Shown here: positions 38,470 to 49,151 of the stretch, in pieces
How the letters are laid out: each line of letters opens with the position of its first letter
Position numbering within the stretch: position 1 is the stretch's first letter
Virus record (IMG/VR): IMGVR_UViG_3300049793_000099
Location: 1 to 64,000 of that record
DNA length: 64,000 nucleotides
Source: a virus
Reading direction: 5' to 3' (one strand)
The notes under the pieces: model-generated
The model's database searches: none
Told to the model about the DNA's origin: nothing
Seen by the model: only the letters and a program-made list of their open reading frames with translations
Program-made: the position numbers and the translations under genes

Positions 38470-39454
38470 TGAGGAAGTTATAGATTTAAAGCTTAGTTAT
38501 AGCAGAATTTCTGACTTTTCAAGAAATGGACCAAAAGCATTAATTAGACCTTCAAATCCTGAGGGAGAAGGTCTAAGATTCGGTTCTTATGTAGATGATT
38601 TATTAGTAGATAAAGTTACAAACAACAATTTATGTAAAAATTTATATGTTGTTTATGATGATAATAAACCAACTGCAACATTAGGTACATTATGTGATAT
38701 TATTATAGATAATTACGATAAAATTCCAGATAAGAATACAGTTTTAAAAATTATAGATCATAATGGATTTTGGAGTAAAATGAAAGAAGAAACTAAGATT
38801 AAACAATTTGATATTGGTGAATTTTGGGATTATGTTAAAATTAAACTTGAAACAAAAGATAAATTAGTGGTTACTCAAAAAGAATCACAAGATGCTGAAG
38901 AATGTATAAGTTTATTATTAAATCATAAACATACTTATCATTTATTTAATAGCGATTTTGATCATCATTATCAATATAAATTTGAATATTATTATAAAGG
39001 ATTTCATTTAAGAGGGATGATTGATAAAATGTCAATTGATCATTATAATAATATTATTTATATGGAAGATATTAAAACAGGTTCGTCGAGAGCAGATGAA
39101 TTTACAAAAAGTTTTATTAAATATTGTTATTATTTTCAAGAAGCAGTTTATGTAAAAGCATTTGATAGTATTTGTAAACAATTAGAATTAGTTGGTTATA
39201 CATTAGCACCATTTAAATTCATATTTGTAGGTAGAGGTGAAAAAGTTCCTCACATATTTGAAATAAGTGATAAATGGCATAATGCAGCAATTAAAGGTTT
39301 TACAACAAAAGCTGGTTATAAATATAAAGGTTTAGATGAAAATTTAGATTTAATTTATTATCATTGGAAAAATAAACTTTATGATTTTAGTCAAGAAGTT
39401 TATGAAAATAACGGAAGTTTAATATTAAATGATGATTTTATAGAAGTAAACTAA
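38423..39454 (+). CDS. PD-(D/E)XK exonuclease (RecE/ExoVIII-like)
   Basis: LSYSRI, FGS, RGMID, EDIKT, YYFQEAVY. Confidence 0.8.
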   Translation: MKEMKETNKLEQLLNDEEVIDLKLSYSRISDFSRNGPKALIRPSNPEGEGLRFGSYVDDLLVDKVTNNNLCKNLYVVYDDNKPTATLGTLCDIIIDNYDKIPDKNTVLKIIDHNGFWSKMKEETKIKQFDIGEFWDYVKIKLETKDKLVVTQKESQDAEECISLLLNHKHTYHLFNSDFDHHYQYKFEYYYKGFHLRGMIDKMSIDHYNNIIYMEDIKTGSSRADEFTKSFIKYCYYFQEAVYVKAFDSICKQLELVGYTLAPFKFIFVGRGEKVPHIFEISDKWHNAAIKGFTTKAGYKYKGLDENLDLIYYHWKNKLYDFSQEVYENNGSLILNDDFIEVN

Positions 39455-39762
39455 TGGAAGAAAATAATAAAATTATCGCAGAGTTTATGGGTGCAAAATT
39501 AACTAAAGATTTACAAATAGTATATCCTATTTATGAAGGAGATAGTAGTTATGTAAAAAATCTTAAATATCACTCAGATTGGAATTGGTTAATGGAAGTT
39601 GTTGAAAAAATATATCAAACTAATTTATATTATGATAAATATATTGATTATAATAGTTCAATGTTTACAAATGGTAAAATAGAATTATCAACCAATAAAG
39701 AATCTGTTTATAATCAATGTATAGATTTCATTAATTTTTATAATAAACGGAAAGAGAAATAA
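39454..39762 (+). CDS. Hypothetical protein of a common phage family
   Basis: NKIIAEFMG, LKYHSDWNWLMEVVEKI. Confidence 0.7.
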   Translation: MEENNKIIAEFMGAKLTKDLQIVYPIYEGDSSYVKNLKYHSDWNWLMEVVEKIYQTNLYYDKYIDYNSSMFTNGKIELSTNKESVYNQCIDFINFYNKRKEK

Positions 39763-39766
39763 ATTA

Positions 39767-40354
39767 ATGAGTAGAGAAATAGAAAACACTAAAAATAAGT
39801 TAAGATTTAATAAATCTAAGACTTACTTATTACCATTATTATCAGAAGTGCTAGATTTAAATATAAAATTTTTACCATATCTTATTAATACATATTTATT
39901 TGATGAAAATAATGAATATGAAAATTGTATATTTATATTACATGAATTCAATTTTAAAAATCCTGAATTCACTAAATATGAACATAAACTTACAAATAAT
40001 GAATTGTTTGTAAAACATATTGATATAGATAATAAAGTAGTATATATATTTAAATTCCCAGAAGAATATCTTAATGAATATAATTGTTTATTAAATAGTC
40101 AATACTCTAAATTTGGAGATGATGCTAAACAATTAATTTTAAGATTTTGGGCTGAAGTATATTCTGGTAATTCTGCAGGTGTAAACTTTCTACTAAAAGT
40201 TAAACAAATTTTATATAAAGAAGAAAAATTAAAAGAGAGATTACAAAAAGAATTAGGTGTTATATTAGATAGTAACCAAGAGTTAGGAGATTACGTTAAT
40301 CCTCATAATGAAGTACTAATACTAACAGAAGTTGGAGGGAAAGTATGGAAATAA
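39767..40354 (+). CDS. Conserved crAss-like hypothetical protein
   Basis: NKSKTYLLPL, YIFKFP, YSK. Confidence 0.6.
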   Translation: MSREIENTKNKLRFNKSKTYLLPLLSEVLDLNIKFLPYLINTYLFDENNEYENCIFILHEFNFKNPEFTKYEHKLTNNELFVKHIDIDNKVVYIFKFPEEYLNEYNCLLNSQYSKFGDDAKQLILRFWAEVYSGNSAGVNFLLKVKQILYKEEKLKERLQKELGVILDSNQELGDYVNPHNEVLILTEVGGKVWK

Positions 40355-41352
40355 ATAATAATAATTTAATGATAAAAAAAAGTTTGTTTAATAAACGAAT
40401 AAATATATTACCTTACGAATATCCGCAGTTATTAGCATATAAAGATGCAATACGTCATTCTTATTGGATAGATAGTGAATTTAATTTTACAGAAGATATT
40501 CAAAATTTTAAAGTTGATGTAACTGAAAATGAAAGAGATGTTATAAAGAAAACAATGCTTGCTATTGCACAAATCGAAGTAAATGTTAAAACATTTTGGG
40601 CAGATATGTATAAAAGAATGCCAATTGCTGAAATTGGAGATGTTGGTATGACATTTGCTGAAAGTGAAGTGCGTCATAAAGATGCATATGCTAAGTTACT
40701 GACAATCTTAGGATTACAAGAAGAATTTGAACATGTTATAGAAGTTCCCGCAATTAAAAACCGTATTAGTTATTTAAATAAATACCTAGATGGTACTAGA
40801 AGTAAAGATAATAAAATGTACACAAAAAGTATATTATTATTTTCACTATTTGTAGAACATGTTTCATTATTTAGTCAATTTTTAATAATGATGTCTTTCA
40901 ATAAAGATAGAAATTTATTTAAAGGTATTTCAAATGTTGTAGAAGCGACATCAAAAGAGGAAGAAATTCATGGTAATTTTGGAGTTGAAATAATCAATAT
41001 AATTAAATCAGAAAATCCAGAATGGTTTGATAAAGAATTTGAAGAACTAATAATTTCTGCGTGCATTAAAGCATATGAGGCAGAGTGTCAAATATTAGAT
41101 TGGATATTTGAAAAAGGTGAATTAGAATTCTTATCAATATCTACAATTAAAGAATTTATTAAAAATAGATTTAATAACTCTTTAAATAATATTGGAATAA
41201 ATAATATTTTTGAAATTGATATAAATTTAATTGAAAAAACATTATGGTTCGATGTGGAAATTAAATCAACAAAAGAAGGTGATTTCTTTTATAAAAAATC
41301 AATTGATTATTCAAAAAAAACTAAATCTGTAACAGAAGACGATCTGTTTTAA
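40345..41352 (+). CDS. nrdB: Class Ia ribonucleotide reductase beta subunit
   Basis: ESEVRHKDAY, VEHVSLFSQF, EEEIHGNF, DFF. Confidence 0.95.
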   Translation: MEINNNNLMIKKSLFNKRINILPYEYPQLLAYKDAIRHSYWIDSEFNFTEDIQNFKVDVTENERDVIKKTMLAIAQIEVNVKTFWADMYKRMPIAEIGDVGMTFAESEVRHKDAYAKLLTILGLQEEFEHVIEVPAIKNRISYLNKYLDGTRSKDNKMYTKSILLFSLFVEHVSLFSQFLIMMSFNKDRNLFKGISNVVEATSKEEEIHGNFGVEIINIIKSENPEWFDKEFEELIISACIKAYEAECQILDWIFEKGELEFLSISTIKEFIKNRFNNSLNNIGINNIFEIDINLIEKTLWFDVEIKSTKEGDFFYKKSIDYSKKTKSVTEDDLF

Positions 41353-41355
41353 TAT

Positions 41356-42981
41356 ATGGAATATAAAAAAAATTATTGGTTAAATAATGATTCAAGAGAA
41401 TTTTTATCAAGAGGTTATATTAATGAATCACCTGAACAAAGAATTAAAGATATATCTAATTATGCTGAAAACATTTTGAATGTTAAAGGATTTGCTTTAA
41501 AATTTGAAGAATATATGAATAAGGGTTTTTATTCATTATCAACACCTGTATGGATTAATTTTGGTAAAAATAAAGGACTTTCAATTAGTTGTTATGGTTC
41601 TAATGTAGATGATACATTGGATAGTATTTTAAATGCAGGTAGAGAAATTGGTATGATGTCCAAATATGCTGGAGGTACTTCTATATACTTAGGTAATATT
41701 AGAAGTAGAGGGGAGTCTATTTCAACAGGTGGATTTGCTGATGGACCAATCCATTATGCAAGCATATATGATACAGTTGTAACTGTATGTAAACAAGCTG
41801 AAGCTAGAAGAGGTTCTTGTGCAGTATATTTACCAATTGAACATTCAGATATTGATGAATTTTTAAATATTGGTACAGAAGGTAATCCTATTCAAAATTT
41901 ACAATATGGAATTACTGTTACAGATAAATGGATGAAAGATATGATTTCTGGAGATTCTGATAAACGTAAAATTTGGGCAAAAGTAATTCAAAGAAGAGGT
42001 GAATTAGGTTTTCCATATATAATGTTTAAAGATACTTGTAATAATAATACACCATATAAAGAATTAGGATTAGAAATTACTGCAAGTAATCTTTGTTCCG
42101 AAATCCAATTACCTACAGATAGTTATCATTCATTTGTATGTTGTCTAGGTTCAATTAATTTACTTCATTGGGATGAAATTGAAAAAACTGACGCAATTGA
42201 AACATATATTTTATTCTTAAACGCAGTAATGGAAGATTTTATTAATAAATCTGAACATTTACCAGGAATGAAACGCGCTTGGAGATTTGCAAAAGAACAT
42301 CGAGCTTTAGGTTTAGGTGTTTTAGGTTATCATTCATATTTACAATCAAAATTAATTGAATTTGAATCATTGCAAGCTAAACAAGAGAATTATAAAATAT
42401 TTAAAATTTTAAATAAACGTTCTCAAGAAGCATCTAAATGGTGTCATGATATATTAAAAATCACATCATTACGTAATGGACATGCAAATACAACCGTTTT
42501 AGCAATAGCTCCAACTAAATCGAGTAGTTTTATTTTAGGACAAGTTTCAATGGGAATTGAACCAATTAAATCTAATTACTTTATTAAAGATTTAGCTAAA
42601 TCTAAAACAATTTATAAAAATCCATTTCTAATTGCAGAATTGGAAAAGTATGAATTAAATACACCAAATATTTGGAAAAGTATTTTAGATATGGATGGTT
42701 CTGTACAACATTTAGATTTTCCAACTAAAGAAGTATTTAAATCATTTATTGAAATATCGCCAAAAGAAATTATATTACAAGCAGCTCAAAGACAACAATT
42801 TATTGACCAATCACAATCATTGAATTTAACAATTCACCCATCTATTCCAATAAAAGAAATTAATAAATTATATATTTATGCTTGGGAAGAAGGTGTTAAA
42901 ACATTGTATTATCAATTTAGTCAAAGTGCAGTGCAGTCGTTTGCAAGAGAAATTAATGAATGTAAATCTTGTGAAGGATAA
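41356..42981 (+). CDS. nrdA: Class I ribonucleotide reductase alpha subunit (no ATP cone)
   Basis: STPVW, SCY, SNLCSEI, APT, KTLYY, C-terminal CKSC. Confidence 0.95.
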   Translation: MEYKKNYWLNNDSREFLSRGYINESPEQRIKDISNYAENILNVKGFALKFEEYMNKGFYSLSTPVWINFGKNKGLSISCYGSNVDDTLDSILNAGREIGMMSKYAGGTSIYLGNIRSRGESISTGGFADGPIHYASIYDTVVTVCKQAEARRGSCAVYLPIEHSDIDEFLNIGTEGNPIQNLQYGITVTDKWMKDMISGDSDKRKIWAKVIQRRGELGFPYIMFKDTCNNNTPYKELGLEITASNLCSEIQLPTDSYHSFVCCLGSINLLHWDEIEKTDAIETYILFLNAVMEDFINKSEHLPGMKRAWRFAKEHRALGLGVLGYHSYLQSKLIEFESLQAKQENYKIFKILNKRSQEASKWCHDILKITSLRNGHANTTVLAIAPTKSSSFILGQVSMGIEPIKSNYFIKDLAKSKTIYKNPFLIAELEKYELNTPNIWKSILDMDGSVQHLDFPTKEVFKSFIEISPKEIILQAAQRQQFIDQSQSLNLTIHPSIPIKEINKLYIYAWEEGVKTLYYQFSQSAVQSFAREINECKSCEG

Positions 42982-43178
42982 ATTAACAAAGTGTGAAAAA
43001 AGGTTTGTAGTAGCACAAATTTAAGATACCTCAGAAACCTTGAAATATTTATAATAACGTAACTGAATAGTTTAAAATGCGTTAGTAAAGCCTCTTATTT
43101 AAATATATAGATCCGAATAGGACCATAACTGATAATTTGGTATCCTTGAGTGAAGCTGTAAGGTATCTTTTAATAATG

Positions 43179-43268
43179 GAGAGAAGTGACTGAAAATAAA
43201 GTAGTGAAGACGTACACACTGTCCTATAGACAGCTTCTTAGTGTTGTGGGAAAACCCCACATTCTCTC
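43179..43268 (+). ncRNA. Degenerate tRNA-like RNA related to 26751-26922
   Basis: GAGAGAA/TTCTCTC stem, ACT/AGT D-like arm, TGTGG-GAAAACC-CCACA T-like arm. Confidence 0.5.
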
Positions 43269-43288
43269 TTTATTTTAATAAATAACAT

Positions 43289-43576
43289 ATGAAACAAAAA
43301 CTAAGAAAAGGTTATATTAATAAATCTGAATTTTGTAAAATTAATAACATTTCAATTTCTGATTTTAATAATTATTTATTAAAAAATAATTATTTTAAAA
43401 TTTATCAAAAACAAAGAATGAGTTTTTTTAATGGTAAAATTGGAAAAAAATATGAAGTTTTTGTGTTAGGAAATAATGATGCAGGTATGAAAATTTTAAA
43501 TTTACACGGTAATAATCAATCTGGAAGTTACCAATATAGTATTAAATTTTTAAATGAGTTATTTAATATTAAATGA
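43289..43576 (+). CDS. Hypothetical protein, possible DNA-binding (KilA-C-like)
   Basis: SEFCKINNISISDFNNYL helix pattern; weak. Confidence 0.4.
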   Translation: MKQKLRKGYINKSEFCKINNISISDFNNYLLKNNYFKIYQKQRMSFFNGKIGKKYEVFVLGNNDAGMKILNLHGNNQSGSYQYSIKFLNELFNIK

Positions 43577-44661
43577 TGACAAAAAATGAAATTCAGAAAA
43601 TAATAATTGATAAAATTAAAAATGCTTTATTTAGAGGAATCGTCTTAGTTTCTGTCAGAGTTGGGAAAACCAGAATTATTTTAGAAACCATTAAAGAAAT
43701 ATCTAATAATGACTTAAATATTAAAGTTTTAATTGGTTATCCAAATATTGATATAAAAAATTCATGGATTTCAGAAACTGAAAAATTAAATTATTATCCT
43801 AATATTGAATATTCAACATTTAAATCTTTAAAAAAAGTTCAAGATAATAAATATGACTTCGTAATTTTTGACGAAGGACATGCGATACCTCCTGATAATA
43901 TATTACCAACTGTATCTAAAATTGTTAAAAATAATAATAAGTGTATTATTATGTCTGGCACATATAGTGAAGATACTTTACTAAATTTAAAGTTTTCAAC
44001 AGGTTTACAACAAATTGTAGATTATAGTACAGATGATGCTATTAATGATAGAATTGTTAATGATTTTAAAGTAAAAGTTCATTTATTTAAATTAGATAAT
44101 GTTAAATCTATACAATTTGGAGGAATAAAAAAATGGTATTCTACAGATTACAAAGAATGTTTAAGAATGTCTAAAAAATTAGATGAGTCATTTGGAAAAG
44201 ATAAAATGATGATAGCTTTATTTAGAATGAAAATGATAAATAGTTGTCAATCGTTAATAAAGGTTGTGAAACAGTGGATTGAAAATAATCCTAATAAACG
44301 ATTTATATTATTTACAGGTGATGAGAAAGTTGGTATGAATTATAATATTCCAATGTTTAATTCTAAGAGTAAAAATAACGATGTTTTAAAAGACTTTCAA
44401 GAATATCGTAGTAATAGTTTATGTCTTATTAAAAAAGGTGGAACAGGGGTGACATACGAAGGTCTAGATACTATATTAATTACAGATATTAATTCTAACT
44501 CTGAAACATTAGAACAAAGATGTGGTAGAAGTTTATTATTTGAAGAAGATAAAGAATCTGTAGTACATATTTTTTGTAGTACAGAAGATTTTCAAATAAG
44601 GTGGTTAGAATCAAGTTTAAAATCTATTAATTCCAATAGAATAAGTTATAAATATATATAA
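43573..44661 (+). CDS. Superfamily 2 helicase-like protein
   Basis: RVGKT, FDEGH, MSGT, GTGVT, EQRCGR. Confidence 0.85.
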   Translation: MMTKNEIQKIIIDKIKNALFRGIVLVSVRVGKTRIILETIKEISNNDLNIKVLIGYPNIDIKNSWISETEKLNYYPNIEYSTFKSLKKVQDNKYDFVIFDEGHAIPPDNILPTVSKIVKNNNKCIIMSGTYSEDTLLNLKFSTGLQQIVDYSTDDAINDRIVNDFKVKVHLFKLDNVKSIQFGGIKKWYSTDYKECLRMSKKLDESFGKDKMMIALFRMKMINSCQSLIKVVKQWIENNPNKRFILFTGDEKVGMNYNIPMFNSKSKNNDVLKDFQEYRSNSLCLIKKGGTGVTYEGLDTILITDINSNSETLEQRCGRSLLFEEDKESVVHIFCSTEDFQIRWLESSLKSINSNRISYKYI

Positions 44662-44829
44662 AAATGAAAAAAATTATAAAAATTAAAAATACTGTAAATT
44701 CAAAGAGATTTTGGATGATATGTGGATTATTAACAATTTTAGATGGTTTGATAAAAGTATTATCTTTTGGACGATATATCGGTCAATTTAATATAAATTA
44801 TTTAACTAATTCAAAAAATAAGAGATTTA

Positions 44830-45552
44830 ATGAAAAAAATTAAAGAATTGCAAGAAAGATCTAAACTTAATGAAGGTAGAAATTATGGTGTAGGATTTAC
44901 TATCTTAAATAAAATAGGTAATAAATTTGAAACCTATTTACCATTTACAGCTTGTAGAGATTATTTAAATGATTTTGCTTATGTAGAATCTACTAAGAAA
45001 GAAATCGGATCAATTCACGGATATAATCATGAATTATTAAATTGTTTTGATAATAAAAAAATTGTATATTTTGGAGTAAAAGCTTTAGATTATAATAAAA
45101 ATTATGGTAAATATAATGAATTTGAAAAACTCCAAAATATATTAATTAATAATTATAAAAATCTACAATTATTTTTAAATAGAATTGAAGATGAATTAGA
45201 TATTAAAATTAAAACCTCTGTAGAATTAGATGAAGAAACTTTAATTATAAAGTGTTCTAAATTTTGGGTTAAATCAACACCATTAATTAGTGTTTATACA
45301 TTATTAATTAGATGTCATCTTAATACTGATTTAATAGAAGGCTCTATTATAGACATTCTTAAAAATAATAATCCTTTTATCAATGCTGACTCTATGATGA
45401 AAAAACCTTGTGTTGATTTTTATGAATTATATTTAAATAATAAAAGTAAATTTATTAATCCTGATTATAAAGGTTATAATTTAGTAAAAGAAAATAATCC
45501 TAATTTAATTCATAACTTTGGAATTGATGGATTTATTAAAAAACTTACATAA
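44830..45552 (+). CDS. Hypothetical protein (C...IR...H family)
   Basis: FTACRDYLND, SVYTLLIR, IHNFGI. Confidence 0.7.
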   Translation: MKKIKELQERSKLNEGRNYGVGFTILNKIGNKFETYLPFTACRDYLNDFAYVESTKKEIGSIHGYNHELLNCFDNKKIVYFGVKALDYNKNYGKYNEFEKLQNILINNYKNLQLFLNRIEDELDIKIKTSVELDEETLIIKCSKFWVKSTPLISVYTLLIRCHLNTDLIEGSIIDILKNNNPFINADSMMKKPCVDFYELYLNNKSKFINPDYKGYNLVKENNPNLIHNFGIDGFIKKLT

Positions 45553-45741
45553 TATGATAACAGCAATAAATTTTCTAAAAAGAGATGAAAGCGGTATTTA
45601 TAATGAACAAGATATGATGTATATGATGATTGAATTTGCAAAAATGCACGCTGTTGAAATTCTTAAAAAATTAAGTAAAACAGAAATGGAATATCAAAGA
45701 AATATTCAATATATATATATCCTTTATCAAATATTAAATAA

Positions 45742-46005
45742 ATGAGTTTAAAAGATAAAATAGAATTAGTAGCTTCTGAAAGAGATTTATCATATTGTTA
45801 TTTAAAAACAGCAGAGGAATTATTCGAACTTGGAGAAATATTACTTAAACAAGTTACTAAACCTCAAGGAAGTGAAGAAAGAATACCACATTTAATTGAA
45901 GAATGTGGAGATGTGATAATGAATATTAAAATTTTAGCTTCTAAATTGTATATTGAAGATGAAGTTAAGAAAAGAGTTGAATATAAATTACAAACATTAT
46001 TATGA
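45742..46005 (+). CDS. MazG-like NTP pyrophosphohydrolase
   Basis: AEELFEL...IEECGDV. Confidence 0.75.
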   Translation: MSLKDKIELVASERDLSYCYLKTAEELFELGEILLKQVTKPQGSEERIPHLIEECGDVIMNIKILASKLYIEDEVKKRVEYKLQTLL

Positions 46006-46469
46006 GAAATCCAAATAGAATATTAATTGTTTTAGAAATATTTGAAAATAATGATAAAATATTATCAAAATTTTTAGGTACCAAAAATAGTGAATTAATT
46101 CATAATATTTATGATAATTGGGAATTAATTGAAAAAGAATGGATCGAATATCCCGATTCAAGATTTGGTCAATTGTTATCAAATTTAGAATTGGTTACAA
46201 AAGAAATTGAAAATCATATTTGGAATATTGAAGAAGATGATTGGTTATTTAAAAATAATCATTGTAATATCGAAGATGTTAAATTTTGGGGAATTAATTT
46301 CTATAAGAATGGTAAAAAACGTAAAACAGTTAAATATAAATTATTAAAAGATTTAAAAACAGATCATATTAATAATATAATTAAATTTTTTGAAGATCAA
46401 AACATATTAGATAAATTAAATAAAGAATATTTAGAATATTTTAATAAACGAATAAATGACGGAAAATAG
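46002..46469 (+). CDS. Hypothetical protein
   Basis: MRNPNRI, YPDSRFGQLL. Confidence 0.65.
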   Translation: MRNPNRILIVLEIFENNDKILSKFLGTKNSELIHNIYDNWELIEKEWIEYPDSRFGQLLSNLELVTKEIENHIWNIEEDDWLFKNNHCNIEDVKFWGINFYKNGKKRKTVKYKLLKDLKTDHINNIIKFFEDQNILDKLNKEYLEYFNKRINDGK

Positions 46470-46782
46470 ATTCGGAGAAATAGTTGATGAAACGTTAAAT
46501 CAAATTAAAGATGTTTTGATCATAAAAGCAAAAGAATACCGCCGTAATAACAATGTTTTTCATATTTTTGATGAAGGAAGTAAACGTTCTGGATTAATTA
46601 GAGAAAAAGTATTAGATGGAATGTTATTAAAACATGAAATATCTATTGCTGATATGACTAATGATTTAGAAAAAGGTATTTTACCTAAAATTGAAACAGT
46701 TGAAGAAAAGTTTGGAGATAATTTAATATATTTAATATTGAAAAAAGCTTCTATAATTGATAAAATTGAACAAAATGGATAA
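46456..46782 (+). CDS. Nucleotide-modification-associated (DUF1599/MazG-fold-like) protein
   Basis: L..K..EY, F..F, KH, EKFGD...YL.L. Confidence 0.5.
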   Translation: MTENRFGEIVDETLNQIKDVLIIKAKEYRRNNNVFHIFDEGSKRSGLIREKVLDGMLLKHEISIADMTNDLEKGILPKIETVEEKFGDNLIYLILKKASIIDKIEQNG

Positions 46783-46998
46783 ACTTACTTTACAATTAAA
46801 AACTGCATTAGTTAGATCATTTCTTAATTGTAAAATGGATAAATTAGATGAATCTTATATCCATACATCTAAAGGTAATTTCACTAGAAGAGAAATGAGT
46901 AATGAAATTGAAAATGAAACTGAAATAGGTTTACAACAAATGGAAAGTATATTAAAGTTAACAATTCATTTATTAGAACATAAAAAAGAAACTATATA

Positions 46999-47733
46999 AT
47001 GAAACTAATTAAATTTTTTAAAAGTTTATTTTTTAAAAAAGAAATTAAACTTAAAAGAATTTGACATATTTCTGATACTCACGCATATCATAGATTATTA
47101 ACAATTCCTGAAAATATAGACATTGTGATTCATAGTGGTGATGAATCTAATTATAAAGATCAATATACTAATGAACCTGAATTTAGAGATTTTATAATTT
47201 GGTTTGCTAATTTATCTATTAAATATAAAGTGCTTATTGCAGGGAATCATAGTTCATTTATTTTTCACAATACTAAAGAAGTTAGAAAGATATGTAAAGA
47301 TTTAAATATTATATATTTAGAAAATGAATCTGTAGAAATTGAAGGAATTAAAATATGGGGAAGTCCTATAACTCCTAATTTTGGAAATTGGTGGTTTATG
47401 AAAAATAGAAGTAAAATGGATAAATTATGTTTATCTATACCAGAAGATACAGATATAGTTATTTCCCACGGTCCACCTAAAGGATTTTTAGATTTTTCTT
47501 ATAATAGAGATAATATTCTTGAATCTTGTGGTTGTAGAAGTCTTAGAAATCATATGTTAAATAGAGTGAAACCAAAACTTTGTTTGTTTGGACACATTCA
47601 CAATACAGAAGATATTATAAATGCAGGAACATTAAAGTTATCTGGTTATGATACTATTTTTAGTAATGGTTCTGTAGTTACAGATGGTAAATTTGGTAAA
47701 TTAAGTAGCAATGGTAATATATTTGAAATATAA
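46999..47733 (+). CDS. Calcineurin-like metallophosphoesterase with in-frame TGA at 47062
   Basis: RI-TGA-HISDTH, HSGD, AGNH, SHGPP, FGHIH. Confidence 0.85.
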
Positions 47734-47891
47734 TATGGAAAAGATATTAACGAATAGATTAAATGAACTTAAATCTAAATTTAGTAATTATAGAAGACCT
47801 AAATTAGATAAATATTTAGGTCAAGATGACTTCATACTTCAAGATTTTAGAAGTAGAATTGATGAAGTTACACAACTTTTAAAAAAATTGA

Positions 47892-48617
47892 ATGAATAAA
47901 AATAAAGTAGAATTAATTGGATTTTATGGGAGCGATGAGGTAGTTGCTTTAAGTGCATGGACATCTACTTCTAGGGATTTAGATGATGATAAACGAAGAA
48001 GAATTCCTAAAATGTTAGATGTTTTATGGAGTAATCGACATGAAACTCCATTTGAAAAAGCTACAGTTCATTTTTTAGTAGATACTGAGATTGCTTCTCA
48101 TATACATCTTTTAAAACATAGAATTTCGTCACTAAATGGCGAATCAGCTAGATATAAAGAATTAAAAGAAGATAAATATTATTTACCTGAAGATTGGAAA
48201 GGAGTTATATCTACTGGAGATGTTTCTAAAACTAAAAAAGGAACTGAAATTAATTGGTATAGTATATTAGAAAGTTATACTAAAACAGGTAATATGTTAT
48301 ATCACCAATGTTTAGAAGATTTAACACCTGTTTTAGGTCGTAAGAGAGCTAAAGAAAGTGCTAGATTTTTTAAAACATATAATTCTCAAATTCAAGCAGA
48401 TGTAACTTTTAATATGAGAAGTTTTGCTAATTTTATTAAATTAAGAGATAGTGAACATGCTCAATTAGAAATTAGAGAAATTGCACAACAAATGTGGAAT
48501 TTAGTTCAAAATGAAACTGATAGTAAATTTGAAAACATACTTAAAGTTATTGATGATCGAATTAAATTTGAAGAGAAGTGTGAAAAATATAAAAATTTAA
48601 TACTGAATCTAGAATAA
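47892..48617 (+). CDS. thyX: Flavin-dependent thymidylate synthase
   Basis: HETPFE, LLKHRISSLNGESARY, ESAR, N.RS, HAQLEIR. Confidence 0.92.
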   Translation: MNKNKVELIGFYGSDEVVALSAWTSTSRDLDDDKRRRIPKMLDVLWSNRHETPFEKATVHFLVDTEIASHIHLLKHRISSLNGESARYKELKEDKYYLPEDWKGVISTGDVSKTKKGTEINWYSILESYTKTGNMLYHQCLEDLTPVLGRKRAKESARFFKTYNSQIQADVTFNMRSFANFIKLRDSEHAQLEIREIAQQMWNLVQNETDSKFENILKVIDDRIKFEEKCEKYKNLILNLE

Positions 48618-48932
48618 ATGATTATACAAATTTTAATAATGTTAGGATTAACTATCCTACAAAATGCAAGTTTTACTTTAGTTAGTAGAGCAAGAAATAG
48701 TAATAGTATTTTATATCACACAGTTGCTTCAGTATTATCAAATGGAATTTGGTTACTTGTTATTAGACAAGTAGTTACTAATTTTGATAATTGGATATTA
48801 ATGGTTACTTATTTAGTAGGTGCTGTTATTGGAAGTATTAGTATGCGTTATATTGCTATGAAATATTTTGAGAAACCTAAGAATATAACAACTATTGTTA
48901 AAAAAATAATTAATATGAAAAAATCAAATTGA
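48618..48932 (+). CDS. Small multi-pass membrane protein
   Basis: Three hydrophobic segments; YLVGAVIGS. Confidence 0.65.
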   Translation: MIIQILIMLGLTILQNASFTLVSRARNSNSILYHTVASVLSNGIWLLVIRQVVTNFDNWILMVTYLVGAVIGSISMRYIAMKYFEKPKNITTIVKKIINMKKSN

Positions 48933-49092
48933 TAGTGAAAATAATGATGAATCAGACTATGATTTTTATCATAGATAATTTAAAAAATTAAAAAAATTAT
49001 GAGTAGATGTACAGATACTGACAAAGACGAAGTTTGCACACAGCATCCTGAAACTTGTAGTAATCCAAATTGCACAAAACATAACTAAATAC

Positions 49093-49140
49093 AAAAAGCC
49101 ACATACGACCTTTTACGGTTATATGTGGCTTTATTTTTTT
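49093..49140. terminator. Bidirectional terminator between convergent blocks
   Basis: aaagccacata/tatgtggcttt stem with flanking A- and T-runs. Confidence 0.85.
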
Positions 49141-49151
49141 AGACCCTTTAA

